From Chlorokybus atmophyticus (taxonomy: Eukaryota; Plantae; Mesostigma and Chlorokybus algae): a stretch of 64,000 nucleotides of DNA. The notes below the pieces were generated by a model. It was not told the DNA's origin. It saw only the letters and a program-made list of their open reading frames with translations, and searched no databases. The DNA is taken from contig RHPI01000638.1 in assembly GCA_009103225.1 (NCBI GenBank), positions 620,001-684,000 on the forward strand, written 5' to 3'. Both the position numbers and the translations under genes were made by a program. Shown piece after piece: positions 1 to 13,173 of the stretch (its first letter is position 1; each line of letters begins with the position of its first letter).

Positions 1-73
1 TTGCACCACACGCAAAGCAAGAAGCTGTGGAAGTGGAGTGACAGGCAATGTAAGCATGCATGCACTTGTCTAC

Positions 74-469
74 CTCAAGTGATCCATCCTCGTCCTCTAG
101 GAAGCTGCGTAGTCTGCTTCGTGTTCCCCCCGCGCCCCCCTCTCCCAGCAGCGCGCGCGACAGCTGCGGCGCGAAGATGAACCCCAGCGCCCCAAACACC
201 GCGCCGCCCAGCGCAAACCCCAGCGCGAACGATGTCCCCGAGCCTCCTGACGAGGAGGAGGAGGACGACGGGCCCGCCCCCTCGGCCCTGACCGCGGGGG
301 CCGCCGCCCGCTGCCGCCGTGTGGGACGGGAGCAACAGGCGTGAGGGAAGGCAAGCCCAGGCGGCAGGCGAGCGCGTCCTCGCCTGCGGTAGGCGGATGC
401 TGAGTGCGGCAGCGTGGCGACGTGGGCAGCGAGCGGGGCCATGGCCATGGCTCCCACCGTAGATGCCAT
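74..469 (-). CDS. First exon of a small plastid inner-envelope membrane protein (At1g42960/At5g16660-like); gene continues off the window start
   Basis: Manual translation from ATG 469: MASTVGAMAMAPLAAH...RRQRAAAPAVRAE (Ala/Arg/Ser-rich, transit-peptide-like), then GSGTSFALGFALGGAVFGALGFIFAPQLSRALL...FLEDEDGSLE, ending at a GT donor (73-72). The GFxLGGxVFGALGxxxAPQ.S motif is recalled from this family. Confidence 0.6.
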
Positions 470-1718
470 GACTGGCAAGCGCGACAACGGCGCGTGAAAA
501 GTGAAGGTGCCTGCCTGGGTGGGGTGGTCCAGAGCAGTGCGCTGCCTGCCTGCCTGAGGGCGGGCGGCACTGTCGCCGTCGAGGTTTGTGCTGGCGCGCG
601 CAAGCGTTTAGGGTTTGCTTGCTCTATTCGGAATAGACCATCTCCAATCAATACTAACCATGCAACACTCGAAAGCCCAACGAATAATAGCGAGGGCAAG
701 AAGTGCTTGCTACAATCATAACTCGCCAATGAGCGACACGTTGCGCGGCGGCTGCATCCACGACCCAGCTGCGGCCCGCGACGGAGGGCCTGTAGCTTAG
801 CAGGTGCGTGCGACCCCTGCTGCTGGCTGCGCTCGCGCTCGCACTGTGAGACGCAGCAGGCCAAGGAGGAAGCCCCAGCAGCACCGCATGCAGCGAAAGA
901 CGAGAAGACGAGAAGCGACACCCTTCCAAGCCAAGCCGGTCGGTGACGCTTCAGCGACTTGTGGGATTACCCCCCCTTGCTGCCGCACAAGCCAACAGTA
1001 GAGTTTGAGGATGGTCATCTAGGTCATCTTGCTTGTCGCCTGGGGATGGCCTGCTTTGTGGGACTTGAGTGCTAGATGCATACGCACAATCCCCTCGCAA
1101 CCACCAGCCACCAGCGTGGTAACGGTCCAGCAGGGAACTAGAAAAACCGCAAATGCAGTTTATGGATGGTCGTTTGTAACTGGCCTCCACAGCAGAGCAG
1201 ATTTTGCGAGAACAATGACACCAGGGCTTACTTGGTTGTGTTGTTTGGCAGCAGCGTCCATGTCACCGAGCCCAATTGGTTGCGACCAACAGTGCGTAGC
1301 TAAGTGCACAAGCGCTGACTTCACGACAACTGACCAATGAGACGCAGCAGGTGAGCAGCTATGACCAATTAGTTTGCTAAAGCCCAAGCAGCATGACTTA
1401 CCTAATTGTTTTGCTCGCAACGCCTCCTGTGACATGCGTTTATTGTGCTGTCCCCGTCAGGATCCAACAGCTTGCCTGCAGTGCGCAATCTGGGAACCAT
1501 TTCTAACGTTGAAATTGTCAACACAGTATGTGAACCGTGTTCTCGCAGCATCTCTACGAATTGCGCACGCCTTGCGTGTGGCAGGTGCGCAGCGCAGTTG
1601 TAGGAGGTGTCATGCTGCATGTCGTGTCGATTGCGCACCATGCCATCGTGATAATGCTATTGTTCTTGGATGTTATGTTGTGTGTCATACGCAAGGAGGT
1701 GTTGAGAGTGCGGTGGGG

Positions 1719-3152
1719 ATGGCGGTGGACGACTTCAACGTGTCGCAACAGAGCGTGCTGGCATGGCTCAGCCGCCTTGGCAACAGCCTCTCCCTTGCGG
1801 GCAGCCTCTTCATCATCGCGTGCTATCTGGGCCTCGGCGCCATCCGCCGCTTCTCCTTCTCACTCATATTCTTCCTCTCTCTCGCGGACGCCGTCAACGC
1901 CATCGCGCACCTCCTCGGGTACATGCGTGCATGCCAGACTACATGCAGCCGCTCAGATTAGTGTTGAGTATTTGTTTTGTCTTGGCTAGGCTGAGTAGCG
2001 CTGAGTGTATGTCGCTGCATTGTGCAGTGAGCCAATGGCACTCACAGCCCCTGCTGTGCGTGTTTCAGGGATGTTGGCGGGGGGGCGCTGTGCTACGTCC
2101 AGGCATACGCCATCCAGTTCGCGTCGCTGGCGTCCGTGTTGTGGACAACCGCAATCGCCTTCACTTTGCACCGCACGGCCGTCAGGCATAAGCAGGACAC
2201 GTACAAGTTTGGGGCGCGGTTCCATGCGTATGTCTGGGGTAAGGTTACCCAACACTGGCTCCACGTCAACTCTGCTCTGTCCATGCGCAGTTGGAAGTGG
2301 CAGCACTGATCACATGCTGTTTGGCGTGTAGGGATTTCCGTTCTTTTGACAGTTGGGCCGCAAATTGGTGACTACTATGGGGATGCGGGCATCTTCTGCT
2401 GGATACGGAATGACACCGCGGCTGAAAAGGTAAGCCTTTTTTTGCCACACAGATGGAGTCATGATACCTGGCCGCGTGGTTAGGGCGTGTGCCATGCCCG
2501 CTGCGCGTTTCTGATCAAGTCGAACACCTGTCCACAACAGGTCACTCGCATGCTGGTGTTCTACGTGCCGCTGTGGGCCGCAGTTGTCTACAACGGAGTC
2601 GTCTACTACAAGGTACAAGGTTGTGCATGCATGCCACCGGCCTGCTGCATGGCAGCCCATGTACGCATTATTCAACTGTCGCGTCAGGTGTCGCGAGCAT
2701 TGAGGGAGACGGCGATGGCGGTGTCGGCGCAGGTGGGCACTCTCGGCGAGCGTGCGCAGCGCGAGCAGGAGCTGAGGCTGGCCAAGACCCTCAAGTTCTA
2801 CCCTCTCATCCTGATCGTGTGCTACTCGTTTCCCACGGCCAACCGCATCCAGCAGTTTGCGGCCCCGCGCTCGCCCGTGTTCTGGCTGTACTGCCTCCAC
2901 GCGCTCTTTGCGTCGCTGCAGGGCCTGCTCAACTGCCTCGCGTACGGCTTCAACGTCACCGTGCGCCGCGCCCTGCGAGAGACCCTCCTGCGTGTGAATG
3001 CGTACGTGCGCGGGCGCGCCTACACGCAGTGGTCGGACCTCCTCGAGGACGACGCGCTCGACCCCAAACCGGGCCCCGTCAGCCCTAAGCGCAGCCCCCT
3101 GCCTGAACCGCAAGGGCATAACTTTGAACTCGTTGGCTCTGCCCGTGTCTGA
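1719..3152 (+). CDS. GCR1: GCR1-type seven-transmembrane receptor (Dictyostelium cAMP-receptor family), 5 exons
   Basis: GT-AG exons join in frame: MAVDDFNV...SLAGSLFIIACY...FSFSLIFFLSLAD / ALCYVQAYAIQFASLASVLWTTAIAFTLHRT / YGDAGIFCWI / RMLVFYVPLWAAVVYNG / YPLILIVCYSFPTANRI...QGLLNCLAYGFNVTVRRA. These match hallmark GCR1 motifs. Stop at 3152. Confidence 0.88.
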
Positions 3153-4333
3153 TAGTGGACGCATGCTGCCATTTGTTGTACATACAGTGTAAAGAGTCTG
3201 CATCAGTGCCACCTGCACAATATTTGCGTCTTTACAGCAATGCGGCATCGCTGTGGCTGTGTACTGGAGCAGTGTACCTAGAGTGGTTACCTGACAGAAA
3301 CAAATGTAAGTCTTTCCTATCAAGTTGAAGCGACAATGAGACAACCTGGTGCAAGGATGTGGGTCTCAGGTCTCACTTCCATTTCAGACCGTGACCATGC
3401 TGCACACTAGTAGGACAACAGAGCATGACGCTCGCGCTCAATGAAAGTTGAGCACAGTGCCTAGGGACCAAGAAGAGAGTGCTTGTGTTACTCAACTGTT
3501 GAGTACTGCTTGCTGACGTGTGCGGCATTGTCATGCGCTAGCTATTAGTAAGAGGTAGCAAACTGAAGTTGAATTGGCAGCTGAGTGCCATTGCTGGGAC
3601 ACAAGTCAAGTTGCATTGTCCAACTCCTTGCAGGATGATGGGGTTCACATATGTAGCACAAGAAGGAGAGGGAGGAGGGAGAGAGAGGCAGAGGGAAAGC
3701 GTGCTGTCCATGTCTACTGGTGGTCGTGTCACTACCATCGACATGCTACTGGAGACTGAATTATTACGCTTGTTGCGAGTGTAATCACTGTGTATGCACA
3801 TTCATGCAAGTCCAGTAGAGTGGCAGCGAAGTAGGTATATAGCTTTAGCAGCGTACAAACAATGTGTAGGACTGTGCTAGCCCTGTAGTTTCAACCTCAG
3901 CTGTATAGTCATGTCAACGCAGTGACTTGCGTGTCAATGTTGCACTCATGTGGGGTGCGCAACGGCACCTCACATATCTTATACAAATATCAGAGTTTGC
4001 AGTGGCTTGCCAGTTTCTTGCTAACAGTTCCTGCTGCATCAAACTGTTGCTGTACGTACACGACTGCTTGTTCAGCCATTTCAACAGCAACGTCATACCG
4101 GTTGCTATGTACAAGCGGCGGACTGCTCACCTACCCACCAAACCACTACCCTATCCTACCATCCCACCTCTCTGCTCGCAGTTGAAAAGGAGAGCAAGGC
4201 GCCAAACACACGAAACACCCCAAGACCAACCAGAATAGGCACTAACACAGGAAACAGGACGACGCTCGTTGTCACATGCGCAACACAAGCCGCCCGCCAT
4301 GTGGATGCAAGGGGCTTGGGGATGGCACGCTGT

Positions 4334-4745
4334 TCAGACTGGTCCGCTTTCTACGGGTAGTCCTGCTGCGCGCCATCCCTGCAGTCCGTCCTGCAGGTCC
4401 TCCACGTGGCCGAAGCCCGCGTCCAGCAGACGAGCCGACGCCTGCGCAGAACGACGACCAGAACCGCAACCCTGCACGCGCGCACGTGCGTGTGTGAGAG
4501 AGATGTAGACGCACATGCAGCCGCAGAGAGACATCGGCACGCACGTTGATGATGGGCGTGGACTTGTCGTGGAAAGCGCGCTCCACGTCGCGAACGAAGT
4601 GGGGGTTGTCCTTCATGTTGCCTGCACGATGACGCGTGCTTTTGCTGAGTCCAACACACGCAGCAGTCAACATGCACACGCGCATCCACATCCACGCGCG
4701 CGCACACACACATAGATAGAGAAGAGAGAGAGGGGAGAAGAGAGG

Positions 4746-4831
<86 letters not shown>

Positions 4832-4832
4832 N

Positions 4833-4923
<91 letters not shown>

Positions 4924-5605
4924 TGTCACCAAAAGCGTCGGCAATCTTGATGGGGACGTTGACTGGGCGGTACTTGCGCGGGATGTGCTGATGCACAAAC
5001 TCCTGTGGGGACCTGCCGAACCACAGCCAGTGCAGCAGACGTGTCTCTCATCCCATCTGGGAGTCCCGCACAACATCACCCGTGATGAAGCCCATGCATC
5101 CCATGCGTACCGGACGTCCAGGTAGCGGTGGTCGCGCTCGAGGAGGCGTGCGGCGTCCTCTGGCGGGATGGCCGGCTCGGGAAGGTGGAGGCCCTCCGCC
5201 CAGCTGCGCCGCAATGGCAAGACAGTTGGCAAGGGAGCAGTGCACCAGGTTCACAGTACGCAGTACCGCCCTGTGGTAGAGCCAAGCTCCATGCGCCTGT
5301 CCTTGCCTGTGTGTGACGTAGTGGTGGTCTTCCCGTGGTCGATGCGGCTGCTGGTGTTGTTCGTGTCCGTGTCCTGGCGGGTGGTGTGGTCCGCCCGACA
5401 CGTGCTGCACGGGTATCTCCGTCGACGCCATCCTCAGGCTGACCGGGGCGGAGTGCTCAGCGCTGGAGACAAGGGGACGACCGCGCAGCCACAGCCGGCG
5501 AGCTGCAGAGAGGCTGGAGGTGGGGATGGGGGTGGAGGTGAAAGGTCTGGTTGCGAACGTCCGTCTGGAGGCCGCTACAGCTGCTGCCGCTCTGGTCAGC
5601 ATCAT
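4334..5605 (-). CDS. Rhodanese-like domain protein (STR/SEN1-like), probably organelle-targeted, about 5 exons
   Basis: Exons give AARLLERDHRYLDVR / SPQEFVHQHIP..PVNVPI / GNMKDNPHFVRDVERAF..TPIIN / GCGSGRRSAQASARLLDAGFGHVEDLQDGLQGWRAAGLPV (active-site loop CxSGxRS and C-terminal GxxxW). N-terminus is Ala/Arg/Ser-rich. Start codon uncertain (5605, or upstream 5728). Confidence 0.82.
4717..4922. repeat. (GA)n microsatellite of about 200 bp in a rhodanese intron
   Basis: Directly visible; one N at 4832, so the length is not reliable. Confidence 0.95.
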
Positions 5606-6866
5606 GTCCTTCAACGCTCTCTTGCTGCTTCGCCACGCCACACAGCACGCCGCAGCAAGTCCATCCAGCAGCCGCGAGCGCAGAGGCGTGTCCAGCGCAG
5701 CAGTGCACTCTGGCTGGCGCATCCGCATGAGCCAGACCTGCTCTCAGTGGCAGCACTGCACTGCCGCCTGGGGGGCCCATCATCATCCTTGCGATGTGCG
5801 CCTCCACGCCGACTGGTGCATTGGTGCAAGTGATGGATGGCTTCTTCTTCTTCAGCACCTGTCAAGACTTGTCACAATTGTGCACGTAGCGTCTTCACAA
5901 TCACTTACCCTCTTGTCAACGAAGCCTTGCTCTGCATGGCGGCGTGAGGAGTTGGTTGGCAACCAGGCTGCTTGTGTACTGGGTAGCTACGCATGCTAGT
6001 TATGTATGCATGGCAAACTACGCCAGTGCAACCGCCAGCCTACTGTAGCTCAGGCACTGGCATGCATGCAACTGGACGCGCATGCGTGAGGGCTACGTTG
6101 CATGCCAAGTCAGTTGCCACATGCACTCAACTGTCCCGCATTCGGTGATAAACTTGTAAAAAAACTGTACGCTTAACACATCAATAACTTAATGCTCAAG
6201 CCAACTGCGCCTATGATCATTCGCCATATTGGTGCCAATCTTCCAGCGCTTGTTTCATCACGACTCGAACGCAAAGTCCTGACTGCATGTAACATGGATG
6301 CGTTCAAAAGTCGTAATTGTCATAGTAAACCGTCTTCTAACATGACATACAATGTTTATCAGAAATGCACCATGCATAAAGCATTTGAAATACGATGTTA
6401 ACTTACAAGATGCTTGCTCCAGTACCATCAGATGCCGTCGTAAATAGTATGTAGCTGTTTAATACATATATAAATAATCGTGTGGTAAGTAGTCCAAACC
6501 CAACATATGCATAGCCAACTACACAGCGATTGTATGCAACATCAAATCTAATAATGCCGATGACTCTACGTACATGTTATACAGTGAGACAACACAATAG
6601 CACCGTTACCATGTTGAGGCTGATGCGAGTCATGTGACACTTCAAGGAGGCCACGACTACCTGCTGGCCAGCAGCACGCGATGCCATCTCGTAGCGACAG
6701 GATTGCCGTGGCTTGGACGGCGCTTCAACACGTGACCGAGGACAGACATCGGCCGTCTCGCGGATATCGGCAGCGTGGCTGAAAATAGCGCGATCCCTGC
6801 TGCGCTCGCAGCAGCAGGCGGCGACACGGCGGCGGCGACGGAGGAGAAGGTGCCGATGTACGCGAG

Positions 6867-8921
6867 ATGGGCTGTGCTGCGAGCAAGGGCCTGAACAACG
6901 CTCAGGATCCCCTTCAGGCGCATCCCAGCGGTGAGGGCGGCGATCCCTCTGTGTTTGAGGGTTCCTCCCCCATCCCGCCGCAGCCTGAGGCGGTTGACGC
7001 TCACAACAAAGGCGACGTGACCGTCTCGCCTGTTAGCTCTGCGCCGTCCGGTAGCCAGCCGACTAGCAGAGAAGCGCAAGATCAGGCGGACAATCAGGAT
7101 CAGGAGTTGGAGGTTGAGACGCTGCCTGACGCCGAGTCCCTTGCCCTCCGGCACCCCACCGCCGCCGTTGCTGCCACACCTGCCGCACTGCCGCTGACGG
7201 ACGCCCTCGGTGGCCGGAGTAGCTCGCACTCCAAAGTTGCCCATCTTCCTCCCCTCCAACAACCAGAGGTACGTCAACCAGGATGCCTCATTGCATGAAT
7301 ATGTTTCCAATAGCGACGCACAGATTGCGTTCATCAGTTAGAGCCAACGTTGGCTCTTCATGCGACGTTCAGGTGTATTTCAATGCACGTCAGTAGCACA
7401 AGTAAGCTGTTTTGCATCTTGCCACGCTTTGTCAAACACAGTTGGTGACTGGCCTCGTGTGTACATATGACTCTGCCTTTAGGTAAGGTCTCCATCTCAT
7501 CTCTGCAGTTGCAGTGCGTGTATAATGTAACATAGCATAGAGATCGAGATGCAAGTGGTATCGCACTGATGACATACAGTCCAGATGTATAGTATGCAAC
7601 AAGTGTCTGTCCTGATGCTCAGAATGCACACCATAACAGGTGCGGCAACCGGCGAGTGGCGAGCAGATCCAGTCTCCATTAGCACAGCCCCACACGCAAC
7701 CACAATATCAAATCCAACTCTCCAGAAACCCCAGCCACAAGCACACCGATGGCGGTAGCAGCTCCATCGTCGAGTTCAACGGCACGGAAGACCTCGAGGA
7801 GCCTATCCCCGCATCGCGCCGCGCCTCTGTCGTCGTTGGAGCAATCTCATCTTCATCACCTCCAATGGCTACAACATCACCAATGAACGTGCCCGACAAC
7901 AACGGGAACGATGCTCAGGAAGAGGAGGAGGAGGTGGAGGTGAAGCCGCAGGTTAGCAGCAGGAGTGCTGAGAGTATTCATGAGATTGGTGGTGTTGATG
8001 AGGAGCCGTTGCCGCCGCCAAAGCCGCTGCCCGCGTTTGTGAGCGAGGTGAGGGTGGGAGGACGGGTCACGTTGGAGCCTCTACCACCCATGCGGGCTCC
8101 TGGCAGCAACAACAATAATATCAGGCGTGGGTCATTGCCGAAGGAGGTCACGCTTGAGACCGAGGAGTTGACACCCGTTCCCACTCCCGAACCATACAGG
8201 CAAACAGAGATGGCGAGTACTGCATCTCTCAACCACGATGACAACTACGTGTCCACTTCGTATGGGGGAGACGCGCAACCCTATGGCTTCAACAATGGCA
8301 AGCGCGGGTCCATGCGGTTTGACGCCAACTGGACAGCCATGCGCTCGGAGCCTCCCGCCTCGGAGACACGACACAACGAGGCTGTGGACTACTACTCTAA
8401 TGGAGACGACAACAGGTTTGCAGGAGGAAATGGACTCGGTAGGGGAGACAGCTGGCGTGCAAATGACATGGTAAGCAAGCAGCCTCTTGGCAGAGTGGAT
8501 GACTTGATTCCTTGTGCATGAATTGATGAACTGTTGACACGCGCAGGGTGAGGACACGCAGGGAGGGAGGGTGCGGGACAGCTGGCAAGCATCAACAGCA
8601 TCTGCATCGTACGCAATGTCACTGGACGGTAGGGCGAGTGCGTTGGACGGCGACTGGGCGTACAACTCGCACTCTCACGCGCCGGCAGTGTACCAGCCAG
8701 GAAGATACAGTCTGGATGGGCAGCCCGCTGTCGTGCGGGCTGACGGATACAACAACAATCCCTCCATGTCCAAGCCTCCACCGATGGTCGCGGGCGGTGG
8801 CAGGGATGCGGGGTATGGTAAGAATGTGAGGGGAAGCATGGAGAAGGAACCAAGCCGACAATCGGTCGTGTTGGATGATGACGACGAGGCGCTCATGAAT
8901 GCTATCGAGCATGACCTATGA
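6867..8921 (+). CDS. Intrinsically disordered protein with an N-myristoylation/S-acylation signal, 3 exons, unknown function
   Basis: Starts MGCAASK. Exon 1 ends at gag|GTACGT (~7270), exon 2 runs ~7640-8470 (atg|GTAAGC), exon 3 ~8560-8921. All phase 0 and open; low-complexity Pro/Glu/Ser/Gly composition. Confidence 0.7.
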
Positions 8922-10816
8922 CCGGATCTTCAGCAAATGTGCTATTTGCGTTGCTCAGTATTATTATTTGACTATATGACTATGCAATGGGCTGATGTCG
9001 ACTGCATGTGACATGCCAGTGCACCTTTAACACAATACATCAATGCTTGAAACTGAGGAAGGCCAATGCAACTTGCACACAATGCATACACTGTTTATGC
9101 ATCTAACTCCGTGCTGCTGCCTCAAAGCTTGCACTATATGGATGTAAGCAACCGTGCAATGCTAGCAGACCTGCAAACAGAACTGGAAAAGAATCCCTTA
9201 GAAAACTTGGAATCACGCAGCCTTGTTTCCGCGCCCTTGCCCTTACGACCGCCCTCCCTCTTTCCCAAGGGGGAGAGCGTTTTGTAATAATATATCATAG
9301 AGCTGTATGTTATCTTCCATCCAGTCACTGATCAACCTACTCTTGGAATGAAAGCATTAGGTATGAGCTTCATCAGTCATACCTAAGATATATACCTACA
9401 AGCAAACACCACATATTGAATGTGACATGCCACTATGGTCACAGTGCTTACCTTCCGTACCCAGCTCCAGGCTCTTCAGTGACGGGAGATAAACGAAGCG
9501 AAATGCAGTGGCTTGCACCACACTCGGTCACCGGGCGTGGTGCAAGCTACTGTCAGAGTTTGGGCCAAACTCTGACAGGTTCGCTGTGGCTGCTTCAGAC
9601 AACCCATGGTCGCGCCTTGCTGGCAGCGAAAGTCGATATGTGTGTGTAGAACACAGCTGAGCACACAATAGGCCGTTATGGTGCCAATACTGTGATGCAA
9701 AGAGTAAAACAACTTCACGGACTTGGCTCTTGTTCTGTACATTGCAACAATCTTACCCTCACAAAGCAGAGCCGGCTGCAACAAGCTTTGCTGTTGTGGT
9801 AAGCATGTCCTATTGATAGGAAATCAACTTCGTCGGCAGCAGCCTCACCTACGTGCTGGACTAAGTCATTCTGACCACCAACTCGAGTTGCTGACAGACG
9901 TGCAGGTGGGGACGTAGTCTCTTGCTCTTGTTGAAAGTAGCGGTTCTCTCGTCGAAGTATGCTGAGCGACCTGCAGATGGTCGTCGAATTCTCCCTCTAC
10001 CAGCTGCAGGCTGTGCCTGTGACCGCAAGAGTCGCCATGTCATGACTGTGCAACTCGAGGCCAACGCCATAGCCATGGCCAGCAGAAAATCCAACATATG
10101 CGTCATCCATTCATTCACAACCAGTTCCACACGAGTCACACTCATAATATGCCTGCTGTGCGCTTTTACCTGTGCAATGTTCTGTCGTAGCACGTCGCTT
10201 CTTCCTGCTCGCGGTCTGCATTTGGCCCTGCACCCTGCCTGCTCCAGCCCCATTCCCCTGCTGGATTTCTGTCAGTGGCCTCCGCGTCATGACATGCCAA
10301 CCATTCTAATCACTGACGCCAACGTCCCCTCCCGAACCCCTCCCACCCTGCATGCCGCCGCCGCCGCTCCGCCTTGCTGCTGTTGAACCCAACATGCAGG
10401 GGAACCTATCCGTACTTGCCTCCTGCATGCGGGGCGGAAGATGCTCGCAGTGCAGCTCTTGGACGAAGGGGGGGTAGGCGGAGCCCCCTCCCCCCCCCTT
10501 TCCTTTCCCTACCCTCCTGGAGGCGTTGGCTATAGTCGAACCGGAGGCCCTCTCTGTTGGCGACAGCGCTGTGCGCCTGCAGACGGCCAGCATGTGGGTG
10601 TACAACAGGGGCATGCTGCTGTGGCAGCATGCATGGTGCGCCGACAACCAAAGTGTCATATGCACCAAACAAGCACTCATCACACACAACTCACAACCGG
10701 GCTAGTACTATGTCTACTTTCTATGCTACGCTATTCATCCCGCCCGCCCCGTTAGTCATACCAGCATGCTTGAGGTAGGCATCTGCCAACACGAGCGCGT
10801 GTCAGTCGTTGTCGAC

Positions 10817-12311
10817 AATGGCCAGGAGTGTAACAGCATCGCTCGCTGAGCCACCCCGCGCTCTCCCCCTCTCTCCTCCCGTTGTAACCCTTGCGGCGCA
10901 GTGCTCACGTCAGCACTGCACCGCGCAGGGACCCCTGCGGTTGTGCTGGCAGTTTCGGTGCAGTTGGTGGGGTTGGGTAGTGGCGGTTGTGCATGTCACA
11001 CTTCCGAGTCGGTACGCATCTTGTGTGGTGGCTATGCTCCTTGTTTGCTGCCTTTGTGCTAACTGAACACGCCACAGCTGGTCTGGTCTGCGGCCAGTCC
11101 CGTATATATATAGACGCCCAACAGCAGCAGCAGCAGCACCGCTCAGTCAAGAAAAAGTTTGCATGCTTTGTTGACAATGCTTTCAACACACAGGATGCGA
11201 CACCCTGTTGTGTGAATGCGACACAACACAGCGACCAAGCGCGCAGGAACGCATTGTGGTGGGAGGGCGGCGGCGGTGGCGAGCCCGGATTGGTCCCGAG
11301 GCGGGCGGAGAGGAGTCAAGGTGGAAGGGGAAGGCCAGCGCCAGCGCCAGCAGCAGCAAAGCCTTCATCGACACCCCCGCCCTGGCCCCTAAGCTGATCT
11401 GGCTCATAGGCCAACACCTGCGGCTCGGTGAGACCGCATTGGGTGGCGGCATGGTTGTTGTCGTTGTCGTTGCTGATGATGTTGCTGTTGTTGCTGCTGC
11501 TGCGTGCGTGGCTTGTGCTGGTACTCAATAACAACTACTTCTGCAACCCATAAAGCTAGCGTGGGCGTGCACCACTCGCACACATTTCTCTGCTTGCGCA
11601 CAATTGACGCTGCCCGGCTGTGTGCAGGCGAGGAGCTGAGGCTGATCCATGCGCTGCCGGAAGGAACAGCGGTGGCGGGGTGGGGCGGGGCGAAGGCGTT
11701 GCGCTGGCCGAGGGTGCTGCCACCCGAATCCATCATAGTCGACGCAGGTGAGCAGAGATAGAGCATGTCGCTTGCTTCAGATGGGTGGCTGCTCTGTTTG
11801 TCTTTAGCAAAAGTGCATGCTCAAGCTGTGATTGCAATACTCGTTGTTACCATCTTACAAAGCATGCACAGCCACGTTGACGACTTCTGTCAAAACGTGG
11901 TGAGCACGGCTGTGATAGCTGTGATCAGCTATACCTAGCGCGCCCGATGGTACTAATCGGTTGCACGCACACGCCTATGTTGCATGTCTCCCCAAGACAC
12001 AAACACTACTGTATAACCAAAAGCACAAGAAGTCCGTAACTCACTACATGACTATTGCACCCACATGCGTAGGTCCACAATAACCACCAAGAAGTGGTCA
12101 TTGCAATGGCATGAATTGTTGTGATGGTCCGGCTATTGGCGCACTGTAACTGCTCCCAGGATGATTGGGTGCATGCATGCGCTTATGCCGCCTTTGTAAT
12201 CGCCAGCCTATGTAATGCCTGCCTTGTATTGTTCATTGCAACATCCAATCTATGACCTGACTAGGTCCCGACATCATTGAGTTCATCAACGTACCACGCC
12301 AGTGCAATTGT
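10817..12311 (+). CDS. Possible universal-stress-protein-like gene or pseudogene (boundaries uncertain)
   Basis: Two clean GT-AG exons encode KAFIDTPALAPKLIWLIGQHLRLG / EELRLIHALPEG...PESIIVDA. Upstream ERIVVG and downstream GPDIIEFIN..YHASAIVM (needs a 1-nt shift near 12291) loosely fit a USP fold. Confidence 0.3.
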
Positions 12312-13048
12312 GATGGTGATGTCGGCAACAATAGCACGGAAGGTGCTGGTCACATCAAGTGGCACGATCATACGTACGCTAACAGCATGCTGGAGGATTA
12401 AATGATGGCGGAGGTATGGGAGTTCAATGCGGATGAGGTTGAAGGCGGGAGCTTAGACTACCCAGAGCCCAAAGGGTTTGTCTGAGCAGGAGCAGGCACG
12501 GTATGCTGCGGCATATGATGCGGCCATTCAGCAAGAGAACTTTGCCATGTGAGTACACACATGCGGGCACGTGTGCGCATCTAGACACATCTCATCAGCA
12601 GGTTGATTCTGTGCCCCTGACGCATGTATGTGGCTGACTTCATGTGCGTAGTTCCTCGCACTGGCAGGCGGTCTGCGGGGTATGTCGCATATAATATACT
12701 GATTGTTGTATATACTCTGTGTATGTATGCACCCAGTACACTCTGCTGCTACACCCAACGTTATGCTTTTTATGTGTGTATTCGGCAGACGTGCATTCTT
12801 TGAAGAGCATTCCAAGGTGGTGTGGACACGCAGCGTCATTGACGCAGCCATAGAGTACGACACAACACTGGCAACAGTCACTCATAAAGTCAATCACACG
12901 GCCATCGAGCTGTTTCTGAACCGCTTGCCACGCTGTTCAAGCACACTGAGGCCGCACGTTGCTGGTGAGGTGAGAATTGTTGCACAGAGTTGCTCGTCAA
13001 TGGCAACTGGACCGAAACAACGGGAGCTATAGACGTCGCGGGCGCGCG

Positions 13049-13131
13049 AGGGGGGGGGGGGGGGGGGGGGGNNNNNNNNNNNNNNNNNNNNNNNNNNNNN
13101 NNNNNNNNNNNNNNNNNNNNNNNNNNNNNNN

Positions 13132-13173
<42 letters not shown>
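13049..13173. other. Assembly gap (N 13072-13131) flanked by poly-G
   Basis: N run in the sequence. Confidence 0.95.

Noticed and set aside
2310-3344. 344-aa minus-strand ORF and other long antisense ORFs over GCR1, FtsH and aspS
   Set aside because: Shadow ORFs of GC-rich coding exons with no recognisable motifs.
4351-5232. Long ORFs with (SL)n tracts, and (LA)n ORFs near 55053-55271
   Set aside because: Translations of GA and GAGAGC microsatellites, not proteins.
7340-7357. 18-bp perfect palindrome agagccaacgttggctct in an intron
   Set aside because: Single short occurrence with no associated structure; could be chance.
1719-8921. Functional cluster of GCR1 with the myristoylated protein
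   Set aside because: Adjacency in a eukaryotic genome is not evidence of a shared pathway.
13049-13173. Poly-G/C tracts as G-quadruplex elements
   Set aside because: They flank assembly gaps, so true length and context are unknown.
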